Shown here in pieces: positions 40,057 to 52,700 of a DNA stretch of 64,000 nt. Within the stretch, counting starts at the first letter, position 1. Each line of letters starts with the position of its first letter. Origin of the DNA: Intoshia linei (taxonomy: Eukaryota; Animalia; Orthonectida). The DNA is taken from assembly GCA_001642005.1 (NCBI GenBank), contig LWCA01000021.1, positions 1 to 64,000 on the forward strand. Direction: 5' to 3'. Position numbers and translations under genes: made by a program. The notes under the pieces were generated by a model, which worked only from the letters and a program-made list of their open reading frames with translations, made no database searches and had not been told where the DNA came from.

Positions 40057-41718
40057 CAGAGTCGAACCTATCACATTCGAGCCACGAAAATTATAAATTA
40101 GGGATTTATACAGTCCCATCCAGAGCCGAATCGACCATACCCGACACCCTATTCGTGAATTAACGAAATGTATGTTTCTATCAAATTATATTTTTGAATA
40201 TCATGATTCAGGACTATTTTATGTGTCAAATTTAAACCATCAAATCCAGATTTGTGAAACGGTGGTTAGAGCTACATGTATATGGTATATTTGCATTTAT
40301 ATTTGCAAAATCCGAATTTTCAAAAAAATATATGAAAAAGAGGATATTTCCATTAAGTATTAGTAAAATTGGACTTTTTATTTTGGTGTTTGTGAAATCC
40401 GATTTTTTATTACATTTTATTAATAATTTAGCATTATTATAAATAAAAGTGGGATTTTTGAAATAATAATAGCGGTCGTTTAGTAATTGGAATAAATTCC
40501 CAAGATCTGGCAACTGTAGTAAATACTAAAAATTTTTTATATTTTATTTATGTCTCACGAACCCCAGTTATATAGTTTTGGACCACGAAGGGGTCCATTA
40601 ACCACCAATCTGGAACCACTGATCTAAGATGATGTTGGTATGGTAGGTTCGGTTCTGAACTCTTCGGTCCAGGGTTATTAGGTTGATAATGAATGCTCTA
40701 AATCAGGGGTTCCCAAACCCATTTTGTCTATCGCCTTCCTTTTTAGCAATATATTTTATCAACGCCCCCCTAAAAAAAATTTCGACTACGTCGTATATAT
40801 ATTCAAAAATTTATTCAATAAATAACAAAATTTTTTTTTAATTCAACACAAATTTGATTTTTGTGTATTTTTTTGATGTCACAAATCGATATTTAATAAT
40901 TAAAAAATATATTATATGTTAATTAAAAAATAAATATTTATTACTGTCACTGTCTATATCAGTGGATGCCAAACTTTCTATAAAGGGGTAATAATATAAT
41001 AGATTTCAAATAGAATTCGTAAAAAATACATTTTAGTCTCTTACACTCAAAACAATCAAAAATATATAATACTACAATATAATAAAAAAATAAAAAAAAA
41101 TTTTTATCAAATGAAGAGTTTTCAAATAGTTTTCAAATAGTTTTTTTTAGTAATTTTTTCAAATAGACCATAACATGGAGCAGGGATGCCCAACCTGTCG
41201 ATAATCTAGATGATTTTCTAGTCGATCGCCGAAATTAAAAAATTAGAATTCATTATTTATTTTAATAATACTCGTCATTAAATGATTTCTATTTTAAAAC
41301 AATTTATTTTAATATTTATAAAATATAATTTTATTTATATATTGTTAAAAAGTAGTTCATTATATGTGGAGTGGTATCGGAACTTTACTTTTTTAACCGC
41401 TTAACTAGCAATATTATTAAATGATATACTTGCTACATTAAATTATAACATTTAGATTAATCACTATTTCTTATACTAGGTTTCACCGATGTTTCAAATA
41501 TACAGCGAAAGTGTTTCGAATTATCCGAATTTTAATTTTTATGTTTTCTACGATTATACTTTTTAATTTTTAACATAAGTTCCGAATCGTAACTTCCGAT
41601 TAGAATCATTTTTCTAGTCAATGTATTAGTCGATCGCATCAAAAAGAGTTGGGCACTCTGACATAGAATAAGTAGTAAAGTAACAACATAGAACTTTCAA
41701 ACAATTTTTTCCACCCTG
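40057..41718. mobile_element. Cluster of nested hAT MITEs
   Basis: Family A ends at 40057/40121 and 40657 enclose a family B copy. CAGGGGTTCCCAAA at 40704. Element 40960-41718 (flanks GTCTATAT/GTCTAAGT) contains 41181-41660 (CAGGGATGCCAAC../..GTTGGGCACTCTG; flanks ACATGGAG/ACATAGAA). Confidence 0.7.
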
Positions 41719-43700
41719 GTCTAAGTTCTTTACCGTCACTTGAAGAATATTGTCCAAATTAAACTAAACGAATATCAAATCATCATTCAATCCCAAATCT
41801 ACTATATAACAAAATTTTAATTACTCTTAATTAACATTTAAATAATTTTCTCTTGTAATGTTATTACAACATGAATGATTGTGAATAATTCAAAATAGTA
41901 AATATAAAAGGTCAACTTTTGTAAAACATTCAGAATACAACTTTATACGTCTTTCATAAATTGATGATATGAAGCATTTGACACAAACATTTAAGATTTC
42001 GAGATTGAAAGATTAAATTATTCTGAATTGAAAAATTTAAATGTATACAATTTGTAGTACGATATTATAAATGGCAATTAACATTATGCATATAAATTAA
42101 TTAATCCAAAATGAAACCATGAAGTATGCATTGTAATTTTAGTTTTAATTAATCTCTATTCAAATATGAGAAGCAGTGTACGAGAAAACGTGAAAGGGGA
42201 AACAAAGACTTAAAATAAACTACTGCCAAGTCGGTGACTATATTGACATCTTTATTGGTGCCGACTTTGAGCAGATGGACTTGATAGTTTACTCAAGAAT
42301 GCTAGAGGTGTAGGCACCATAAATAAGCGAGTTTAAATTATTGAATAGTAATTGTATTAAATTACACTGATACAACTACGCCTATAAATGAAAAACAATG
42401 TGTTACTAAATGTGTTTAAGTCTTCTTAGTAAAGTTCAGTAACAGTAGCTCTGAATCGCTTCAGCACTCATCAATTGATAATGGATTAAATTTTATATCA
42501 ACAAATTTATTGTCATTTCATTTGAGCTGCATTTTTCACATACCATTAAAAGTTGAGCTTAAATGCATTTTAATTATTGACTAAATTTTCAAAACTGGAC
42601 AAGAAAAATTAAAAATAAAAATTGAATTAAAGCTACAAGGTAATTTTAAATGGACTTGATGTTGACAAATTTATAAATTTCATAATGTTTATTTGACTTG
42701 TGTTACATTGTACAATTATAAGATTTACCATACACACGAAATTACGTATATTTATAAATCTACGTGTTTACATTAAATACAGTAATTGTGGTTTGGTAAA
42801 CATTTGCAATCAACTTTGTATACTGGAATAGGAAAATTTGAATTTTATCAAAGTATGTTTTTATTGCTTGTTATATTTGTAGAATTTTAAATTTACACAA
42901 CTTTTATATTTTTTCATGCAGACAGTATTGACATTTTGGCGCAATTAATTGGATAAACGGTGATACGTTTGATTCGTTTGATTATCCCAATTTAAATTTA
43001 AAATTGACAATAATTTATCCAACATGTCATTCTTTTGTTGGAAATAATTTATTTGCAATTGTTTTATTATAAAAAGACCATTTCCGTGGAATTGTGTCAA
43101 TGATATTTAATTAATGGATGTAATGTTACACTAAATTTACATGTTTAAATAATGCTCACTTATTTGCGTGTGAGAAATTTAAACTATACCATCTCAAGGG
43201 AAACTTTTGAACATTTCATTTAGATTTTAAAATTTATAATGCTATAAATTATTTTTCCGCCTAGTTTCCTCAATCAAATTATCAATTGAATAAAATTAAC
43301 TTGTGCTAAATTTAAAAAATTTTATTGCACAATTATTTGTAATTGTTTTCAAAGAGTAAACTAAAACATCTGTCAAATTATAAATTTTGTCCATAAAAGT
43401 AAATACTTTTTCATTTTTACAACTTACAACACTCAAAGATTAATTTGAAATTTTTACTCTACTACAAGTTTAACATTGTGATAATTATATAGCTAATTAG
43501 TTGAATTGGATTTAATTCATATTGTTTCGTTCTAGATACATTTACAATTTTTCACTTTATTTACATAATCAATTTCTTTTTATTTTTAATGCATATTAAA
43601 ATTTTATTAATAAATCAATATTTATTTAATTATTTTGTTAACTAACCAAGTAACGTCATATTATAGATAATTGGTATTTGAATTTTCAGTACTGATATAA

Positions 43701-46700
43701 ATGCTTGTATGCGCTTTAACAATTTCTTTAGATTACATGCCATCTTCGATAAACTTAAATAACGATTTGAATAACTCGCAAGTTTCCGTCATGAATCAGA
43801 TTGAATCGTCTAACGAGGATGATAATCTTGTCAAAAACGCTACTACTCAAGTATCTCGTGTTCAAGAACCCCGTATCTGTAGACTTACCATTTACAACGA
43901 TACTACTACAAATAGTTATTATTGTGCACCTCAAACAAATCACGCCACTGTTGATAGACCTACTCTTCTTTTTGACAAGTCTAAAATGAATACCAAACAC
44001 TTTAAAAACCATCTACTCGATAATATTGAAAATTATCCAGTTTCAGTTCCAGAAACTCTTGTGCAGGATAATGTTCAGTATCAAATTGGAGGTATGTTAT
44101 TTTTGACCTTGACATTTTTATATCTCGACGTTTTGATTTTGATTCGTTTTAAATTTGTTAAAATTGAATTATGCGTCTGAATTTTCACTATTAAAATTTT
44201 TAATTTAGATAATATTTACATTGATATTAAAAGACCAGAATGTCCGTACAAGATTTGCAAAATTTTGTATTTTAAAACGGTAATTTTTGTACTTTTTTTC
44301 CTGGTTTTATCTTTTTATTTTAAATTTAGAATAAACGAGACAATGTTTTTGTATGTACGAAAAATTATCTTAGGTACTTTTTTTATTTTTCATTTTATTT
44401 TTCATTATTCCTTAAAATTTACAAATTCATTAAATTTTGATTGATAGTGGAATTATTGATTTTTATTTTGTTATTGGTATATTTAACAAAATTTATTCAA
44501 AAACATCTTTATACAATGTACTGTGTATGATATTTCCAAGAATAAAAACTACGGTTTAAAAGTATAAAAGTTTTCATTGTTTATATTTGATTTTGTGTTA
44601 ACTTTAATGCAAATTGTAAAAATGTTTAAAAATGTTAACTGTATACTAATTGATATTTAAAATTTAAATTAAGCTACAATATATAAAATGTAAGCGGAAT
44701 TTATGATATTGCCGCAGGCATATGCAATTTGATACTTTTTGATTTAATTTGATTTGGATATGATTTATAGTTTTATTTGTTTGTTTACTTTCAGGTTAAT
44801 TGCGTTTGTATTAATTAATATACCAAGTTATTATATCAATTTTACGAGATTGTGAATTTAACTAAACCTTAGGGCGTAAGGTTTAGGGATATAGCAAGAT
44901 TAATTAATTAGTTGGCGTATTTTCAGTTTTTAAATCTTGATTTAATGGAAATGGACTAATTCGTATTATTAGGGGATTATAGGATTAGATGATTATTTGG
45001 GTCACAAGTCCATGAATCCAAGGTTAATGATAAATGATTTACAATGTTGTGGAACGTGTGTATCAGCTTTTTGGGAATATGTTATGCATAACTTTTGGGC
45101 GAATTTTGTTGAGTCTATTTGAATGGAAGATTCAGATTTTATAAATTAATGTGATTAGTCATTATTAAAAATACTTTTTAGTGTTTTGGATCCATGAATA
45201 ATAATTATAATTAGTAAATTATCAGAAAATTTCCAATTTTTAACTCGGTAACCTTTACCAATAGTATTGGTCTAATACCGTCAGTCAATATTTTTTAATT
45301 TTTTATCTATTCGTTCTAGTTCTATTTAGTACACCATAAATAAATTTTTATCGTCTGAATCTAAATCATTCTGCAAATATGGTTATTTAATCTCTATAAA
45401 ACCACGAGTCTATAAATGTTTTTGACCTTGAAGGATTCAATTTCTGAAAGTGAAATTTGCGGTAAAACATCTCCCTCGAAAAAATTTATTAGAAACGGGT
45501 ATTCTTAAAACTTTACGCCTATTACTTTTTTAAATAAATGATAACAAATAAATAAACAGACATAAATTTTTAACTAAATGATTTACGTACTGTATATAAA
45601 AATGAATGTCTATGTGTGTTATCGTTTATTTAAAAAATTGACAGTCGTATAATTTAAAAAAACCCAATTTCTAATACAGTTTTTCCTAGAGCGTGTTTAT
45701 ATCTGTTTTCAGTTTTCGAATCTGAGTTTTTCAGCATGAAAAAGCCAATTTCCCTTTTGTTTAAAAATAAAATCAGCCCAAAATATAATAAAACATAAAT
45801 TCTGGAATAGTTTTTAAAATCATAAGCATTATCATAAATAACCACCTCAAAAAAAGATAATTTTCATGATCAAAACCCAAGATGACCATTTTTTTAAAAT
45901 TAAAACAACCCTAGAATTTAAAAAAATTTCAATCTGATAAAGTGACGCCTTTATGGTCAAAAAATCAGTTAGTTTTTTTGTTTCGAAACTATTTTATTAA
46001 AACAAAAAATTAAAAATAATTAACGGTCCTACATAAAATAAAGAAGATTTATCTGATACAGCTTATTCCATTTCATATAAATACAAAATTTCAACCCAGA
46101 AATCTGTGCATTCTCGGTGAAAAATAATTTTTAATATATTATCAACCAATATTTTTCAAATATTTCTAAAAATTTATAAAAATTGAAAATATAAATATTG
46201 ATCCTACAATTTCAAAAAAAATAAATTGACTATACTAATTACTATACTATACTACTATTGAAAAATAAATTTTTGTACTGATAAAATAAATAAAAATTAT
46301 TCGTATAAAACTTTTAATTTAGGTTAAATCTCCGTTTCCGAAATGACGTTCCGCGAAATAATTTTAAAAATTTTTTACTAATTAAAACATCAAATTATTA
46401 CGTTTTTTATCAATTTTTTTTAATGTTGCCTAATAATTTAGCTTTAATGGTCCTCCATAAATTTTATAATTTATTACCGGTCCACCGTGCGAAAAGTGAG
46501 GGAATTTAACCCCTGGTTTAAATTCATCAAAATATATTAAAATATGACATGATTAAATTTAAAATTATTCAGCTAAATTGTGAAATTTATTGAATGTCTG
46601 ATTTAAACGTATACTTGTAAAATTTATGAAATTGGAGTAGTTGTTATAGAACTGCTCCGTGGAGACTTTTTTTGGAAATTTTGGGTCGCTGTGTTTCTTT

Positions 46701-49700
46701 ATAATGATAATCTTTATAATCTATTTTATAATGATCACCTGGTTTTGTGAATGATTGGAGTACAGATTTTGACCACTATAACGAATAACAACGAGTTAAA
46801 TTTTATACATTGTTAAATGTTTATCTTAAAAATTGGATCTATTTTTGTAACTTATAGTTTTTTGTTAAATTGAAAGTTTAATAAAATTTGCAAACTGTTT
46901 AAAGTGTAAATAAAACGTTTTCAATTAATTTGCAATTTAATTTAAAATGTGTCTAATTAAGTAAATAATATTCACAAATGTATTTGAAAAATAAAAAATA
47001 TTGAATGTTTCACTGTAATAAAATTGATTTAAAAATTTACAATCTAATTATATAATTATAATTAAAACATCAAAGTTTTTACAATTTCAATGTATAATAG
47101 CTTTTTTTTAAATTTAAATTTAGAATAAAAAATTTATTTGATGTTCGCATTTGCATATTTATTTTAATTTATAATGTCAATTCATATCACGGTTTCATTA
47201 TAATGAAACTTGTTATTTGTTGGTTTTAATTTCTATTTTTTATTATTATTCTTTAGTGTAGTCACTACACTGTAGTCCAATGCTTTTTTAAATAAATGAA
47301 AAAATTAAAAAAAAGGTTGAAAAATTAATTGTAATGACAATAGTTTTTATCTAATGAATCTATAAATATTTTTTGGTAGATAATTTTAAATTTTTTGATT
47401 TGTTTTAAAATTTAAATGTTAAAATAAAAGTTCAAAACGTTGGTGCATAATTAATATAGTGAGATTAAATAATATTTTAATATGTTAATCTAATTAATCT
47501 ATATCCGTTGTGTTATTGCATGTGCATGATGTATGTATTGTTAATGCAAATCCAAATTAAACTACATGTAGTTTTAGTTCAACTGGAACGGATGTGATTA
47601 TAATTGTACAAAGTGTATATTGAATTTTGTCTAAATTTTAGTCGAAGGGAAAGTGATATAAAACTTATGGAATTAAGAATTTGACGATACACAAAAATGT
47701 TTTTAACATTATTAAAAATTGTCTAAATTTTATCAAATTTTATTTGTAAATTTAATTGTTATTCAAATGCCATGCCATATTTCTTTCTATTTTTATTGAA
47801 TTGATCCTAACCTTAAATGTGTCATAAATTTCATCAAACATTACAACCACTTAGATATATAAAAATCATTACACAATTATTTGTAGTGTCAAAAAATTTG
47901 ATGCTGTTTTAAAAATTATTCAGGGAATATTTGCAATTATTTGTATTTGTCACTTGTGCACATTTCAACATGAGTTGAATAAGAAAACGTTTTTGTTTAT
48001 TAGGTTTCGTATTATGATTATATGAATTACAATAACAATATTGATTAATGAGGATTAATGTACTGACACTGACAATGAAATTAAGAAAATTTTAGCTATA
48101 ATATCTAAATCTAATATTTAGCTATAATATCTATCTACTATAGATTGTTTGTTTTCAAAAAAAATTAAATTTATCTTAATTATTAAATAGTAGTAATTAA
48201 ATTCCTCGCTGTTTGAATAATTGATTATTGGTGTGAATTAAAAATGAACAATGAAAAATTTCACCAAAATAAAATTATAATTTTTAAGTCAAACTATTTT
48301 CCAACTGCTAAAATTTATCTGTAAAATCAGTTTAAATTTTTTGGAATTTTGATTTTTGATAAAGGTCACAAAACTAAGATAGGTGACAAACAACAACTGT
48401 TCAAACTTTGAACAACATTAAAATTTAAGATTTTTAAATTTAAAGTGAAAAATGTATTTACAAATATTGATATTTTTAATAGTATATTTTGTGTTGATTT
48501 ATTCATCTTTTGTTTTTATTTGAAATGCTTAAAAACTTTTTACGCATGACCAATTTTTAACTGAACATTTATCGCAGCAATACACATGTATAATATGGTT
48601 AATTTATTGCCATTTAAATTTACATAATCCCAATATAATAATCTCAAAATTAATTTCAAAAATAATTGAGTTGTTGACTTTGCTATACCACGTTGTGTAT
48701 TAATACATTATATATTATTATATAATATATTATTGCTAATGGCGTATTTTTTGACATTTATAGATAATCCATATTTTGTATCTGTAAAACTGTCAATATT
48801 AAATTTCCAAATTTTGTATATAACGTAGGGAATTGATAATGTAAATATTATGTTAATTTTTAATTTTCATTTGATGGTCGTTTTTAGTGAAAATTTAATG
48901 TGTTTTGGTTGGTTTTGATTTTGTTGTATTGAAATTTAATAAATTTATAATTAATGAAACATGTGACTGATTTGGTTAATGAGCTGACTATGATTTATGT
49001 GTATTTTTTTGTTTTGAGCAATTTAAATCATCTTTTTAATAATGTCGGTAATTTTTTAAATTTAACGATAACTTGAGTTTTGATTGACATATTCAATTAA
49101 CACTATTAATTCAGAGCAGTAACTACATTACCAAAATACTCTATTGAGGTGATACGATAACATTTAACATGCTCATGTGCAATTTTAAGGATTTATGATT
49201 GATGATTTATGATTAGGGTGAAACTACTACACACATTGAGAGGCTTAATTTGATACGAGTCAAAACGTGGACTACATTTATTTTTTATTTTTGAGACCTG
49301 GAACACGGCAATTGAGGAATTTTAAATTTTATTCAATGTAGCGCGACTAATACATTGTATTTTCAATAATGTAGTACTGATCAAGTTGACATTTTCGTTT
49401 TAATTTTAATATGTACTTTCAACTCTGATATCTGTATGATTTACATTTTATATTACTTTACTTTACATTATGTATTGTTAGTTTATTTTATAGTTGTTAA
49501 TTGTGCATTGTACTTTAAACATATTGATGAAAACGTATATGCAAGTGAAGTGTGTATTATTTAAGAATTGATTCACATTAAATGAATTTTTGTTTTTATT
49601 GACAGGTTTTTAAAAATCGAATTTAATCTAATTAAAATTTAAAAATATTTCAATTTATTTAATTCATACAACTACATTTTTTTATATTTTGTTGCCCTTT

Positions 49701-52700
49701 TTCACTAAATAACAGTTCGATAGTTTGTTAATTAATAATAATATTTAAATTTAAAAATTTTTTCACATTGTTCATAAGGCCACACTTTCCGACATCTGGT
49801 TAAGTCTTAGACTAAGACTTAAAATTTCTCAAGGATGAAAGAAATACAATATAACTAAATTATGTTTTAAATTTATACCATTTTATTGGCCCTCGATTGG
49901 TGGGCCCCTAGTCCAGTGGTTTCCAAACTTTATCCACCTTATTTTTTGTAATTGTTTTTGTGGTTCACCGAAAATGTATTATATTCTTGTTTTAAACTAG
50001 GCATACTATTACAAAATTGTATAAGGAATTTTATATTTTATGTATATTATAATTTCGTGGTTCAATTAAAATAAAATTTCATTTAGGGTGAATGATTTAT
50101 CTACAAACGTTTACTACAATCTACAATCGGATAGAAAAAATAGTGGTATTTTTTACTTTATTTATATTGTATATTGTGTTATAGAGGAAAATTTTAAATG
50201 TGAAGATAAAATAGCGCACCGAGAATTATTTTTTACTGAATCGACTGAAATGTATTCAGCCTTATTAATTCGGTAATTTTTGATTTATATTAATTTGCAA
50301 ACTGGTCTGGTGTAGTCCTTTAAATGTTTTTTGCTCTCTGTTGAAGATTAAAAATTTCTTAGAAGAATGACATGGAAAAATATTTTATTCAAAAAAATTT
50401 TACTTTTACTTTACTTTTTATTTATAATAAGGTTAAATAGTCTTAATAAAGTCACCTGAAGTCGATTTTTATAAATTCGATATTTCTATAACAGTTTTTC
50501 AGGTGAGGTTTTATCGAAAATTTAACTTTCGGAATTGAGTTCTTCAAAGTCAAAAATTACAATTATTCTTCTTTTTTTTTTTTTTTAAATCAAACGAATT
50601 ATTGAATTATAAAAAATACACAATCTGATAAGGATTTTAAAATTATCAACATTATGATACATTTCAAAATTTTATATCTTCACTGCTATAAACGAAAATT
50701 ACCTTTTGAAAAATTTTTTATATTTATTCCAATATTGGTAAAATTCTCCCGAAATATGCTTTTAAAATGCTGAGTCCGTTAATTATTGATAAAAAATATT
50801 TTTAACTTATCGAAAGCAGATACTAAATATGTACCATCACATTAAAAAAGAAAATATCGCTTTATTTATAATTTTATTTTTTCTGGGATTTAAGTTATTT
50901 ATGATAATTTTTAGGGTTGTACTGTTTTGACTTTATTTTTAAGATTATACACTCATTCTCTAATAAATTTAAAAAATGACGATAGAAAATTATTAAACTA
51001 TTATTAAAGGGGTTCAGTGTAAAGTTTTTGTTTTTTTTCTAAAATTTTTCGTCGTGGGCCGATACAAAATAATACTTTGTAAATTTACATTGATGCATTT
51101 GAATTTTATCATTTTTATTTAGAGGAAAAGTCAATGTAATGAATTTTGATAACATTTCGGTTGTTTATAAAGATTTCAAATCATCAATCGATACTTATTA
51201 TTCAATTTACAATTATAATACTGAAACTAAAAGATTATCAACAAGAGATGGACAAGTTCGAATCGGTAAAAGCCAACAAGCCGACATTCCGGATCTTGTA
51301 GATAAATCAGAAATTTCAAACACATTACCTAACCAAAAATGTCACAAATCAGAATCGATGAGTGTTTTAGTATGGGAACCCAACAAAATTTCAAACGTTG
51401 AACTTAAAAAATATATTACATCTGTCCGTAAACTTTCTCAAAATTGTGCTTCAGTTGAACCTTATATTGCTCAATATAGAGCTATCAAAGATCCATACGT
51501 TTTACCCTTTATTTCCAAGTCTGACGACATTGCAAATCATTATGATCGTGTCAGAATTGATGATATTTATGAGCTTTCTCTTGAAACGGTATTTTGATTT
51601 TTGAAATTCATAATTTATTATAAAAAATTTAATAGTTTCATAATTTCGTATGTCATTATAGTTTTATGAGACTGGACCATAATTTTTGATATGGGTCTCA
51701 TTTAAAATAAATACATCAATAAATCCCTGTCTATTTATTAAATATATACTCTTTACGTTGAAAATATAACTTTAGTGTTTATAACCTTTAAATAACGTAA
51801 TTTAATAATTAAAAAAATCTATCTTATTTTGTATTTTTTTTGAATTATTATTTTGTAAGTTTATTTGATTCTCTATGTGTCGCAATCTTTTAGTTACAAC
51901 ATCAATATTGAATGTACATGATATAGTATGTGAAATTATTTAAATTTGATAATTGCCCTTCTTGGGTGTTCAATTATTTTTATTGGATTTATTTTTAATT
52001 TTAAATTTATATAATATTTTTTTTAGTTGTTTAATCAAAACTATAAAACCGATAAAGCACTGAAAATAATAAGAAAAACTGAATTTCCAAAGTCGTTAAA
52101 TGAAATTTGGTCATTGGAGGATGTGAAAAAATTTGAAAAAGGTATACGTCAATATGGAAAAGACTTTTTTCGTATCCACAATGAACATTTGAAACATAAA
52201 AACCCATCCGAGTTAATTGAATATTATTATTATTGGAAAAAATACCAAGTTGAAGGTCCAACAAAAAATAGAAGATATAGAGCAGTTAATCCTTATAAGA
52301 GATTTAGGCGAATTCAAAATCAAATTGATTCAGGTTTTTTTTAATTTTATACTAAATGGGTGTTTAGGTAATAGTGTTTGTCAAATTTTTTTTCACAAAC
52401 TCTAGATCAGGGATTCTTAAAGTGGCCGATTTTCAGTTAGGATGATTTGGGTGATTTAAAAATATGATATGACGTGGGCGTGATGAATTTTTTGGTAGGT
52501 GGAAATTTTTATTGCAAGTTTGGAATCCATTGAGATAAACAGTAACACAGTAATAAATATATAATTTTCATTAATATTAAATATCGAATTTGGAAATACC
52601 TCAGATTCAGTTGTATCAAAAAAAGATTGGTTAATTAATAATTTTATTTTATTATTATTAAGAAATTATTAAATAAACATTACAACGTAGTCGAAATTTT

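Noticed and set aside
42223-42274. Resemblance to the Cas9 tracrRNA tail (GGCACC..GTCGGTG)
   Set aside because: Short chance similarity in a eukaryotic context, with no cas genes or repeat-spacer array.
44868-45000. Interstitial telomeric repeat
   Set aside because: Only scattered TTAGGG words, with no tandem array.
45249-45292. miR-8/miR-200-like TAATACCGTCAG hairpin
   Set aside because: The seed is mismatched and the loop and arms are too short for a pre-miRNA.
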